20,000 nt of DNA, from IMG/VR virus record IMGVR_UViG_3300033150_001690; one strand, given 5' to 3'. Made by a program: the position numbers and the translations under genes. A model generated the notes under the pieces. It was not told where the DNA came from, searched no databases, and was given only the letters and a program-made list of their open reading frames with translations. This stretch comes from an uncultured virus (IMG/VR IMGVR_UViG_3300033150_001690). Its lineage: Duplodnaviria > Heunggongvirae > Uroviricota > Caudoviricetes. Positions 7,429 to 15,387 of this stretch are shown piece by piece; within the stretch, counting starts at the first letter, position 1, and each line of letters begins with the position of its first letter.

Positions 7429-8417
7429 TCTCTCTTAAAGATCTTACGGAAGCTATTAGAGAAGTAAACAAATCACCATTTCCTACTGAAGTAATCTATC
7501 CAGGATCTAAGAAAGCTCCTATTCTTCTAACAGATTCATTACTAAGCACTAAGGTCTTGGGATATCTTCTAGGGAAAAATACTGAGAGACCTGTATTAAA
7601 AAGTATTGAAGTTCCTAATGTTTCTAATCGCTTGTTTATAGGAACTCATACTACCAGAAGATATGGAGTATCAGTATATTCTAATGATCTTAGAATAACT
7701 GTTCTTCTAAGTAAAGCGTTTAAGAAGAATGGAGTGAAACTCATTCCAGATACAGGTCATCATGAATATGGTCCAAAATTCTTTACTTATCTTTTCATAG
7801 GAGAAAGTTTCTTCTATTCACTAGATAAGCTAAACAGGGTGTTTGAAATACTAGTGAAGTTCTTCAAAGATCTATTGTTTGAAGACAGTCTTCCTGGGAA
7901 GTGTAGGTTTTGTGGAAATAATTCGTTGGTCTACCCTAATGATTTGTGTCAGTATCATCTGAAGCATGTTCCATTTCAGGAGTTAAAGAACTTCTATAAC
8001 ACATTGAAGATGGATACTTCTCTTGTAGGTATGTTAAAATCAGATGAAGAAGTAAATAGAATACTAATGGGTCTAAAGAAGTTTACATGGAAGACTAAGA
8101 AAGAAGTAGAGAAGTGTATAGATTGTGGGAAGTCTCTAGAATGGAATATGGGAATGCATGATGTTTGTTTATGTTATTCCTGTGATAAGAAGTATGACTG
8201 GTCTTTCTTCAGGACAGATTATTATAATGGTCTGGTCTTATGGAAAGACTTCAATTCTGATCCTAAGATAAGAAAGAGATATTTGAGAAGAAATATAGGA
8301 AGACAATCTTCTAATTCACATCTTCTGACTTATTCATCCTTCTCTCAACCTGTTTATTATATTAGAGAAGGGACTTCTCTTACTTCTACTATTTGGTCTT
8401 CTTCAACTTCAACGTAA
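7425..8417 (+). CDS. uncharacterised protein of the ligase cluster with two Cys-rich Zn-binding motifs and an S/T-rich tail
   Basis: CRFC...CQYH and CIDC...CLCYSC; ATGA-coupled to the ligase. Confidence 0.8.
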   Translation: MISLKDLTEAIREVNKSPFPTEVIYPGSKKAPILLTDSLLSTKVLGYLLGKNTERPVLKSIEVPNVSNRLFIGTHTTRRYGVSVYSNDLRITVLLSKAFKKNGVKLIPDTGHHEYGPKFFTYLFIGESFFYSLDKLNRVFEILVKFFKDLLFEDSLPGKCRFCGNNSLVYPNDLCQYHLKHVPFQELKNFYNTLKMDTSLVGMLKSDEEVNRILMGLKKFTWKTKKEVEKCIDCGKSLEWNMGMHDVCLCYSCDKKYDWSFFRTDYYNGLVLWKDFNSDPKIRKRYLRRNIGRQSSNSHLLTYSSFSQPVYYIREGTSLTSTIWSSSTST

Positions 8418-8429
8418 GGAGGATAAAGA

Positions 8430-9605
8430 ATGTGTGGTATAACCTCGTGTTATAATGTAGAAAATGCTTCAGAGACCATTCTAAACATGATACTAGCACA
8501 AGACCATAGAGGTAAAGATGCTACAGGAATAGCCTTCATAGAGAATGGAGAAATAAAGATCCATAAGAAAGCACTATCTCCAGAAGTATATGTTAAACGG
8601 TTTGGAGATAATATTAAGAAAACAGTGAAGTCTTCAATTATAATAGGTCATAACAGAGCAGCTTCTAGCAACTATAAGGAGAAGGATCAAGATAAAGAAG
8701 CACATCCATTTATAGCAGAAGATGGATCATTTGCTTTAGTCCACAATGGAACTCTAGGGTATAGATATGAGATCTTAGATACTTTTCTAGATCTGATAGG
8801 TCATAAACGATCTTCTGGAGTAGACACTGAGATATTTGTTCATATATTAGAAGAACTTCTTCAGAAATATCCTAGAGAAGAAGCTATGAAGAGATTCTAT
8901 ACTATCTCTGATGGCAATATATTAATACTCTTCAAAGATGGAGTATTATATGGAATACCTAATGGATCCTTCTATCTTCTAAAAGGAGACAATTGTGTAT
9001 ATATTGCTTCTGAACCAGGGACCTTTAAAGTTCTTCTAAATAAGAATATCAAGGAAGACCTTAAGATTCTTAAACCTAAGAAAGAAGGAACAATGGTCAA
9101 ACTATGGAAGGAAGGTGACCAGGTCAAGGTCCATATTTGGGGAGAGTGGGAAGAGATACCGTTTAAGATAGGAGACTGGGTCTACAATAGAACAACTTCC
9201 TGTGACTTCTGTGATAGAACAGGAGTTCCATGTGAATCGTTTATTCCTAAAGGGTCTAAGAAGGCATATGATAGATGTTTAGAGTGCTATAAGAAGGGAG
9301 TGACCAAGCCAAGGTATACTACTACTTCTTCTACTACACTATATCCTTCATATAGAAGAAGGGAGACATTATGGGGATATCAGTATCAATCTCCTTCTTC
9401 TCCAATAAAAGAAATAGCAGAGACTAAAAAGAAGGAGAAGAAGGATAATACTGGAGTAGCTATGTGTGCTGTTTGTAAGAAGCCTATACCACTAAATAAA
9501 GTGATCTACTGCACTAGATGTGGAAGATTCTTCTGTGAAGAACACTTCAAAGACCATAAATGTGCAGAGGTGAAGGACACCTTCTACTGGTCTTATGTTT
9601 ATTAG
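8430..9605 (+). CDS. class II (Ntn) glutamine amidotransferase with C-terminal Zn-finger domains
   Basis: N-terminal MCGI, HRGKDATG, GHNRAAS, AHPF, HNGTL, VDTE; CDFC...CLEC and AN1-like CAVC-x11-CTRC-x4-CEEH-x3-HKC. Confidence 0.92.
   Translation: MCGITSCYNVENASETILNMILAQDHRGKDATGIAFIENGEIKIHKKALSPEVYVKRFGDNIKKTVKSSIIIGHNRAASSNYKEKDQDKEAHPFIAEDGSFALVHNGTLGYRYEILDTFLDLIGHKRSSGVDTEIFVHILEELLQKYPREEAMKRFYTISDGNILILFKDGVLYGIPNGSFYLLKGDNCVYIASEPGTFKVLLNKNIKEDLKILKPKKEGTMVKLWKEGDQVKVHIWGEWEEIPFKIGDWVYNRTTSCDFCDRTGVPCESFIPKGSKKAYDRCLECYKKGVTKPRYTTTSSTTLYPSYRRRETLWGYQYQSPSSPIKEIAETKKKEKKDNTGVAMCAVCKKPIPLNKVIYCTRCGRFFCEEHFKDHKCAEVKDTFYWSYVY
9116..9126. repeat. dispersed palindrome TGACCWGGTCA, copy 5
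   Basis: TGACCAGGTCA, read as D-Q-V in the amidotransferase. Confidence 0.9.
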
Positions 9606-9611
9606 GAGAAG

Positions 9612-10553
9612 ATGAGTATGAAATATTTGGTTAATCTTCGTTCTACATTCTCTTCAGGATATTATGGAGACTTCAGGGATTATTTAATAGAACAATGGAG
9701 TAAGAACTACCCTTCAGCTTATATCAGAGGAGATAAGATCCAGTTCATGGAAGACAACTTTATAGTGGAGAATAAAGCAGTATATCCTGAGAATTGTGTT
9801 ATCTTCAACAACTATGCTCATAGTGCGGATTACTTAGAAGTAATAAAAGATCTAGGATATGTAGTAGATGTCTATCCTTCTTCTGTAGATCTAGCAGATA
9901 ACAAGTATGCTCTAATGAAGCATTTGGGATATTACTTCATAGTCCCTAGACTTCTGATCAACTCTTCTTCAAAAGGAGACTATGTTTTAGGATATCATTC
10001 TTCAGGTCTGTCAATTAAGAGTAAAGAAGATATTTGGAGTTCTGGAGAAAATTTAATAGGAGATCTAAATTGGAATGAAGACATTCTTCCTTTGGTAGAT
10101 GTCTATACCTTCTTAGGATATTCGGTAAATTACTGTTATTTGTTCCTTCAGAAGAATGGGAGTCTAATAGTTTCTTCTACTCAAAACAACATTAAACGCT
10201 TAGAACGCTTCAGTAGATATCGTGGTAATCAGTATGATCTTGAAGGTCCAAATAAGAAAGAGAAGGAATTAGTGAAGTTATTCTTCCAAGAAATAGACAT
10301 TGATACAGATGAAGTAGAAGATATGGCAGAAGAAGTATCTTCATTATTAATGTTGGGATCAGGTGAAGTATTAATAGCTCCATTTGAAGAGAATATAGTA
10401 GTAGATGTGATCTATACACACTTTCCACTCTTCCGCTTCTTTCTCCGAGAGAAGGCATATAGACAATTCATGTACTTCTTTACTAGAAGAATCTTAGAAG
10501 AGAACTCCTCTCCATGGTCTGCTAGAAAGAGAATATTTCAAATAGAGGAGTAA
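9612..10553 (+). CDS. divergent, probably inactive ATP-grasp-fold protein
   Basis: PSSVDLADNKYALMKHL...VPRLLI and MAEEVSSLLMLGSGEVLI...IVVDVIYTHFP follow the RimK layout, but the conserved D and ExN are missing. Confidence 0.55.
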   Translation: MSMKYLVNLRSTFSSGYYGDFRDYLIEQWSKNYPSAYIRGDKIQFMEDNFIVENKAVYPENCVIFNNYAHSADYLEVIKDLGYVVDVYPSSVDLADNKYALMKHLGYYFIVPRLLINSSSKGDYVLGYHSSGLSIKSKEDIWSSGENLIGDLNWNEDILPLVDVYTFLGYSVNYCYLFLQKNGSLIVSSTQNNIKRLERFSRYRGNQYDLEGPNKKEKELVKLFFQEIDIDTDEVEDMAEEVSSLLMLGSGEVLIAPFEENIVVDVIYTHFPLFRFFLREKAYRQFMYFFTRRILEENSSPWSARKRIFQIEE

Positions 10554-10559
10554 TCAAAA

Positions 10560-10934
10560 ATGGTTAAATGCAGGACCTGTAGATGGAGAGTAAAAGTTAA
10601 TCAGGATACATACTATTGTAATGCTAGAGGACTTCTTCTTAGAGAGGAAGAAATGGATGAACTTAGATATTGTGCTTCTTATGATCCTTCTCCTTTCAGT
10701 GACATAGAACAGCAACTATATAACTATCTTCTGGAGATAGGAACAGGAGTAGCTATTGCTTCTCTTCCTCCTAGATGGAGAGGAGCGATAACTAAGTTGA
10801 AGAGACTAGGAATAGTAGACACTTATTTTGAATGGGTCAGAGTATCCTCTAGACCAAATATAGAAGAAGGAGAATCTTTTAGTTATAAAAGAGTAAAAAT
10901 GATCAAATTAAATGAGGATGGTTATTACTTATGA
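10560..10934 (+). CDS. Cys-cluster plus putative winged-helix protein
   Basis: CRTC...C...C N-terminus; LYNYLL...GAITKLKRLGIV resembles wHTH. Confidence 0.6.
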   Translation: MVKCRTCRWRVKVNQDTYYCNARGLLLREEEMDELRYCASYDPSPFSDIEQQLYNYLLEIGTGVAIASLPPRWRGAITKLKRLGIVDTYFEWVRVSSRPNIEEGESFSYKRVKMIKLNEDGYYL

Positions 10935-11668
10935 AGTATAGATGTGAGAAGCATAAGACCAATGAAGGATTTTATGATTCTGAAGGTAAGTGGCATTGTT
11001 GGAAGTGTTATAAAGAGAATGAATTCTTCAATCCTCCCGGAGATATTATAGACACTTATACTAAAGGAGATTATCAGATCAGAGTATTGGCTACCGATCC
11101 ACATACTACATGTGTTGAAGTATGGGATGTAGAGAAGAAGAAGTTGATCAAGAGAAACTTCTATAGTTATTTGTCAACAGCTATGAGGGCATTTAGAAGA
11201 GAAAGAAACCATTTAGGAGAACATTCTTCTAGAGAACGTTTAAGATCATCATTAGGACAGGGAGAAATTCGTATTCCTAGAATTAGATCTCTTGAAGACG
11301 ACATGAGGGGATTTGAAGAAGATTTTGATAATGGAGGGTGTTATTTAGGAAGACTAGATGAACTTGGATTTGTTGGTGAAGGACCAATAAGTAGGTATGT
11401 GATCTATAAAGAAGATATTAATGATGTTAATCTAGCTAGAAGATTTACTGATTGTTTCTTTGTTCTCTGTAGATTTAGTAGAGACGTCTTAAGAGTATTA
11501 AGAGAGAGTTCTAATCGCTTCTATATGTGTATTGTTTGGAGTGGAGGAGATGATATAGCGTTTGTAGATAGTTCTAACTTGGGAAGAATAGAGAGATCAA
11601 TTCAACATTGTATAGGTGCTTCTCTTACTGTAAGAAGAGGAGTTTATATTTATCCTGACAGGAGGTGA
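10931..11668 (+). CDS. hypothetical protein with N-terminal Zn-binding motif
   Basis: CEKH...CWKC; ATGA-coupled. Confidence 0.75.
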   Translation: MKYRCEKHKTNEGFYDSEGKWHCWKCYKENEFFNPPGDIIDTYTKGDYQIRVLATDPHTTCVEVWDVEKKKLIKRNFYSYLSTAMRAFRRERNHLGEHSSRERLRSSLGQGEIRIPRIRSLEDDMRGFEEDFDNGGCYLGRLDELGFVGEGPISRYVIYKEDINDVNLARRFTDCFFVLCRFSRDVLRVLRESSNRFYMCIVWSGGDDIAFVDSSNLGRIERSIQHCIGASLTVRRGVYIYPDRR

Positions 11669-11696
11669 TATCATAGAGAGAATATCTCCTGATCCC

Positions 11697-12023
11697 ATGT
11701 CGGGAGATGATGATATATTAGAAGAAAATAAGGAGATAAATAAGAAAATAGAAGATATACTGAAGGAGATAGACAAAAGAGACCTATCCTCTAAAGAGAT
11801 CATGTACCTGGTGGTCATGATCTTAGAGAAGGAGTTCAATACACCTAGACCTAATATAGATGTAGATAGAAGGTGGAAGTCATTCTTCTTAGTAGTGGAT
11901 AAGATACTGTCTAGACACTTCACTGGTCTAGGAGCATTGTCATTTATTGCTAGTCTAGGAGAGAATCTTCTAAGGAGACATCCTGAATTAGCTACTAGAG
12001 AAAGAGATAATGGAGTTGTATGA
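11697..12023 (+). CDS. helical hypothetical protein
   Basis: ORF track; in-frame ATA 11673 after GGAGGTGA may be the true start. Confidence 0.75.
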   Translation: MSGDDDILEENKEINKKIEDILKEIDKRDLSSKEIMYLVVMILEKEFNTPRPNIDVDRRWKSFFLVVDKILSRHFTGLGALSFIASLGENLLRRHPELATRERDNGVV

Positions 12024-12063
12024 TATTGGACACATCTTCAGAAGGACTACATTGTTTATCACA

Positions 12064-12077
12064 GAAACCTTTTATTT
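12064..12077 (+). promoter_or_regulatory. possible archaeal BRE/TATA promoter
   Basis: GAAACC-TTTTATTT in the gap upstream of the AbrB-like/ATPase genes. Confidence 0.3.
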
Positions 12078-12132
12078 CTCATTATTTTCTAAATATAGCC
12101 ATTAAACTAAAGACAGGAAATAGAGCATCAAT

Positions 12133-12143
12133 TGACCAGGTCA
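12133..12143. repeat. dispersed palindrome TGACCWGGTCA, copy 6
   Basis: TGACCAGGTCA in the 12024-12190 gap, followed by clustered GACC/GGTC half-sites. Confidence 0.9.
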
Positions 12144-12190
12144 TCTTTCTTCAGACTTGGTAAGACCAAAATAATTGGTCAAAATTGGCC

Positions 12191-12379
12191 ATGACCAAAG
12201 AAGATTTAAATACTATTAAAGCAATTATCTCTAAAGAAGGTATTCTAATGAAGCTATTAAGACTTAAGAAGGGAGAAGCAGCATATCTCTCTATACCTGA
12301 AGAATGCACTATAAGCACTCAAGCCTGTTCTGTAAAGAATAGTAAGGGAGAGAAACTTATTCTAATAAGGGTCTTATAA
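12191..12379 (+). CDS. small protein, possibly an AbrB/MazE-like swapped-hairpin DNA-binding protein
   Basis: KLLRLKKGEAAYLSIPEE resembles the AbrB 'k-G-s-x-x-tIP-e' motif; ATG 12191 or TTG 12185. Confidence 0.45.
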   Translation: MTKEDLNTIKAIISKEGILMKLLRLKKGEAAYLSIPEECTISTQACSVKNSKGEKLILIRVL

Positions 12380-12380
12380 A

Positions 12381-13100
12381 ATGGAGACAGGTCCCTTAGT
12401 AAATAAAGAGTTCTATAACTACATTCTCCCTTCTAAGAGAGTAATCAAGTATTCTCCTAGAGTAAAGTATCCAACTAACAATGTTATCTTCAGAAATATT
12501 GTTCTATATGGCTATCAAGGATCAGGTAAGACCTCTTCAGTTAGAAGAATAGTCTATGAAGCAGTGAAGAAATATGGTCAAAGTAATGTTAATGCTAGAA
12601 TGAGTGAAGATGGTGATCTAGGGGCATTACTTAGATGGGGTCTAAGACCTGTTTTAGTAAATATTCTATTTAGTGATAACACCACATTAAGAAAGATCCC
12701 TAGAGAAGAACTAATGAGATACTTTAGGATAAGACACATTTATAGAGAGAGATTTGGTCTAGACAATGGATATATATTGAGTTTAATAGCTCTTCATAGA
12801 TTTCATAGTATTCCTCCAGAACTTAGAACTACCATAGATGGTCTATTGATCAAAGACTCTTCTATGAATCCATATGATAGATCAGTGTTGAAGAGATTCA
12901 TAGGAGAAGACAATTTACGTCTTTTAGAGACCCTAAGTATAGAGAGGGAGAGATATCCAGACCTGAAGAGTATAGGGATTTTTGTAGGCAGGACATTCTC
13001 CGGTCTGGTCTCTCTCCCTCTCCCTAGGAAAGATTTTTTAAGACCCGTATATTCAACCGAAGAGATAGTGATGGATCTGAAAAGGATCCTGAACATATAA
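12381..13100 (+). CDS. P-loop ATPase, FtsK/HerA superfamily-like (A32/Zot-type layout)
   Basis: Walker A GYQGSGKT, Walker B-like ILFSDN, LIALHRFHSIPPELRTTID resembling the hhhQ...IP..R motif. Confidence 0.7.
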   Translation: METGPLVNKEFYNYILPSKRVIKYSPRVKYPTNNVIFRNIVLYGYQGSGKTSSVRRIVYEAVKKYGQSNVNARMSEDGDLGALLRWGLRPVLVNILFSDNTTLRKIPREELMRYFRIRHIYRERFGLDNGYILSLIALHRFHSIPPELRTTIDGLLIKDSSMNPYDRSVLKRFIGEDNLRLLETLSIERERYPDLKSIGIFVGRTFSGLVSLPLPRKDFLRPVYSTEEIVMDLKRILNI

Positions 13101-13124
13101 GAAAAGTAAGAAGAGGTGAAAAAC

Positions 13125-13265
13125 ATGTTTGAACCGATCTATGACTTCCTGTACAATGTAGGTCTGGGTCTAGTATGGTTTGGAACAGGTCTAGGTCTGG
13201 CAGGATTAATGGCTGGAGCAGTTAAGGCTCTGAATTGGATCTCAGAGAAAGTCTTTAGCAAATAG
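13125..13265 (+). CDS. 46-aa Gly-rich single-pass membrane protein MFEPIYDFLYNVGLGLVWFGTGLGLAGLMAGAVKALNWISEKVFSK
   Basis: Translated by hand; GAGGTGA RBS; acidic N-terminus, hydrophobic core, basic amphipathic C-terminus. Confidence 0.8.
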   Translation: MFEPIYDFLYNVGLGLVWFGTGLGLAGLMAGAVKALNWISEKVFSK

Positions 13266-13288
13266 ACCTACATTTTAGAAGAAGGAAG

Positions 13289-13328
13289 CCACCCTCCACC
13301 ACCTCTCTTTTTCTATTAAATTTATTTT
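13289..13328 (+). terminator. putative archaeal-type pyrimidine/oligo-T terminator
   Basis: CCACCCTCCACCACCTCTCTTTTTCT...TTTATTTT, a sharp break in the purine-rich coding skew just after the small membrane gene. Confidence 0.45.
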
Positions 13329-13334
13329 AGGAAG

Positions 13335-13586
13335 ATGTTAGAAATGAAAGAAGAAGGAAAGACCTATAGACAGATAATAATAGAGGAGATACAGCGAATA
13401 GAGGATAGGTGTAAAAAACTACCTAAAGAAGAACAGAAGTATTGGAAGAAGGTAATTAATACTTTAATATACGATCTTCATGAATATGAGAAACAGAAGA
13501 GAATATCTCCTGTTAGTGTAGAATATGAAGACTTCTTTGATAGAGTATGGAGATTAATAGAGGAAGCATTCTTTGGAGGTGAATAA
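13335..13586 (+). CDS. hypothetical helical protein
   Basis: ORF track. Confidence 0.7.
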   Translation: MLEMKEEGKTYRQIIIEEIQRIEDRCKKLPKEEQKYWKKVINTLIYDLHEYEKQKRISPVSVEYEDFFDRVWRLIEEAFFGGE

Positions 13587-13587
13587 G

Positions 13588-13848
13588 ATGAGATTTTCTT
13601 TAAGAAATAGACCTAAGTGGGCAGGACATGCTACACATTATGAATTAAGGCATTATAAAGATAGGTGTATTAAATACTTTATTAATCTAGAAGAAGAACT
13701 CAAAGAAATGTTAAGAAAGACAGAAGAGGCTTTAGAAGAATTTGAAGGACTACTCGACGAAGATACTGAAGGATACTATAAAGGAGTTCGGGATACATTA
13801 AAGATAATATTGGGAGAAGATAAAGATGAGTCAAATGAAGATAAATAA
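13588..13848 (+). CDS. hypothetical coiled-coil protein
   Basis: ATG 13588 after GGAGGTGA (track starts at 13573). Confidence 0.75.
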   Translation: MRFSLRNRPKWAGHATHYELRHYKDRCIKYFINLEEELKEMLRKTEEALEEFEGLLDEDTEGYYKGVRDTLKIILGEDKDESNEDK

Positions 13849-14116
13849 AGAAGAAGATCGAAGAATGAGTGATTCTAGACAGAAGTTATTATCTGCTATG
13901 ATTCTTAGTTTAGGAAGTTATATAGAACAAGAAGCAAAGAAGAAGGATACTTGGAGAGATATACCATTTGGTCAAGCATATGCTCATCTAAGACATGAAA
14001 TAGAAGAAATAAGAAGAAGTAAGACTAAGACCCAACAACTTCACAATTGTATGGATGCCTGTTCTTTATCAGCTATTCTAGTTGCTAAACTTATGTTTGA
14101 AGATAAGGAGGAATGA
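13826..14116 (+). CDS. small all-alpha protein, possibly MazG-like NTP pyrophosphohydrolase fold
   Basis: TWRD...HLRHEIEEI...NCMDAC resembles the ExxE...D pattern; weak. Confidence 0.45.
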   Translation: MSQMKINKEEDRRMSDSRQKLLSAMILSLGSYIEQEAKKKDTWRDIPFGQAYAHLRHEIEEIRRSKTKTQQLHNCMDACSLSAILVAKLMFEDKEE

Positions 14117-14553
14117 TGTTGAAACAGAAGATGGATAGAAGAAAGATGGATGATCTTTTAGAAGAATTTCCTGATTTATTTCCTAAATATTCTCCTTTGT
14201 ACATTCGTGTTAAGTTTCCGTTTACTATTGACTGTGAAGATGGTTGGTATGATCTTCTAAGAGATCTATGTCTTTCTATTAGAGAAGAACTTAAGAAAGA
14301 TCCTGATCTTAAGAAGTATTTTACAGTTGACCAGGTCAAGCAAAAATTTGGTGGTCTAAGGTTTTACGTTTCTTGTACTAACAAGAGAGTATTAGATCTA
14401 ATTAATGAGGCAGAAGAGAAGAGCTATACTATATGTGAGAAATGTGGATCTCCTGGTAAATTTAGAACGGATCTACCTTGGATCCAGACACTCTGCGATA
14501 AATGTTATAAGAAGAAGTTAAAAGAAATAAGAAGAATGGAGGAGATAAAGTAA
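14113..14553 (+). CDS. conserved phage-type hypothetical protein with C-terminal Zn ribbon
   Basis: DGWYDLL...QVKQKFGGLRFY...SYTICEKCG...WIQTLCDKC, a signature I recognise from uncharacterised phage proteins. Confidence 0.8.
   Translation: MMLKQKMDRRKMDDLLEEFPDLFPKYSPLYIRVKFPFTIDCEDGWYDLLRDLCLSIREELKKDPDLKKYFTVDQVKQKFGGLRFYVSCTNKRVLDLINEAEEKSYTICEKCGSPGKFRTDLPWIQTLCDKCYKKKLKEIRRMEEIK
14328..14338. repeat. dispersed palindrome TGACCWGGTCA, copy 7
   Basis: TTGACCAGGTCAA, read as D-Q-V. Confidence 0.9.
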
Positions 14554-14693
14554 TGAAATGGACACCTGTTAAGAAGACAACAGTTGCACTATCTACAATA
14601 GTAGAAGTCATAGGAGCTACACTAAATAATATTCCTCTTCTATTAGCAGGATGGTTAATGTTAATAATAGGTATTTTATTTGAGAAGGTCTAA
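14553..14693 (+). CDS. 46-aa membrane protein (MKWTPVKKTTVALSTIVEVIGATLNNIPLLLAGWLMLIIGILFEKV)
   Basis: Translated by hand; TAATG coupling, GGAGGAG RBS. Confidence 0.7.
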   Translation: MKWTPVKKTTVALSTIVEVIGATLNNIPLLLAGWLMLIIGILFEKV

Positions 14694-14695
14694 GA

Positions 14696-15376
14696 GTGAA
14701 GAAGTTGAGTGACCAGGTCATCTCTTCATTTATACTCATTGACGTCCATGAGCCTGAAATTATCAAGATAAAGATCAAAGAACTAGGAGTACCATTTCAG
14801 GTCAGACCATTAGAAGTAGGAGACTATATTGTAGATAGAGTAATAATAGAAAGAAAGGAGATACATGATCTCTTCTCTAGTTTAACTTCAGGGAGATTAT
14901 GGAATCAACTTTATAAAATAAAGGAGACAGGTCTTAAAGGATATCTTGTTGTAATAGGAGAGATCCCTACATGGGATTATAGAAGAAAGAGACCTGTCTC
15001 TAAAAAGAAGTATCAATATTACTTCTCTACTCTAAGAAACATTAGAAGAATAGCATATCTCTCCTATGGAGTAGGATTTGAACATCTAAAGACCACAGAA
15101 GACTTCTTTCAATTTATAGTAGATGTGTGGAACAAAACAGGAAGGAAGGTCTCTTATGCTCCTGTGTTGAAGAAGGGAAGTGACCTGGTCACTATAAAAT
15201 CTAATATATTATCTTGTATACCTGGAATAGGAAGAAAGATAGCAGATGAACTAGCTAAAAAGTATAAGATTAGTGATCTGGTCACTCTTCCAATTAATGA
15301 ATTATCTAACGTAAAAATTAGAGGAAAGAAGTTAAGGTCTAGGGCTAATAAGATTAAGTGGGCATTAACAAGTTAG
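14696..15376 (+). CDS. ERCC4-domain (XPF/Mus81/Hef-type) structure-specific endonuclease with HhH
   Basis: IDVHE, LEVGDY, IERKxxxD, GRLWNQL; HhH LSCIPGIGRKIA. Confidence 0.92.
   Translation: MKKLSDQVISSFILIDVHEPEIIKIKIKELGVPFQVRPLEVGDYIVDRVIIERKEIHDLFSSLTSGRLWNQLYKIKETGLKGYLVVIGEIPTWDYRRKRPVSKKKYQYYFSTLRNIRRIAYLSYGVGFEHLKTTEDFFQFIVDVWNKTGRKVSYAPVLKKGSDLVTIKSNILSCIPGIGRKIADELAKKYKISDLVTLPINELSNVKIRGKKLRSRANKIKWALTS
14710..14720. repeat. dispersed palindrome TGACCWGGTCA, copy 8
   Basis: TGACCAGGTCA, read as D-Q-V. Confidence 0.9.
15181..15191. repeat. dispersed palindrome TGACCWGGTCA, copy 9
   Basis: AGTGACCTGGTCACT (15-bp symmetry), D-L-V; one-mismatch copy TGATCTGGTCA at 15274-15284. Confidence 0.9.
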
Positions 15377-15387
15377 GAGGCGATATA

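Noticed and set aside
8430..9605. Calling the amidotransferase glmS/purF/asnB, or the ligases rimK/gshA
   Set aside because: No SIS, PRTase or asparagine-synthase domain follows, and the motifs support only family-level assignment.
12020..12163. 47-aa ORF MILDTSSEG...IDQVIFLQTW with ATGA overlap
   Set aside because: Pyrimidine-rich, atypical composition and overlaps promoter-like and repeat elements; possible but unsupported.
348..14339. All minus-strand ORFs in the track (348, 1720, 2605, 3339, 3764, 10210, 11597, 12803, 14091)
   Set aside because: They are shadows of + strand genes: S/L/F/I-rich translations of the purine-skewed coding strand. The apparent gaps under 2605 and 3339 are filled by short + strand ORFs with good RBSs.
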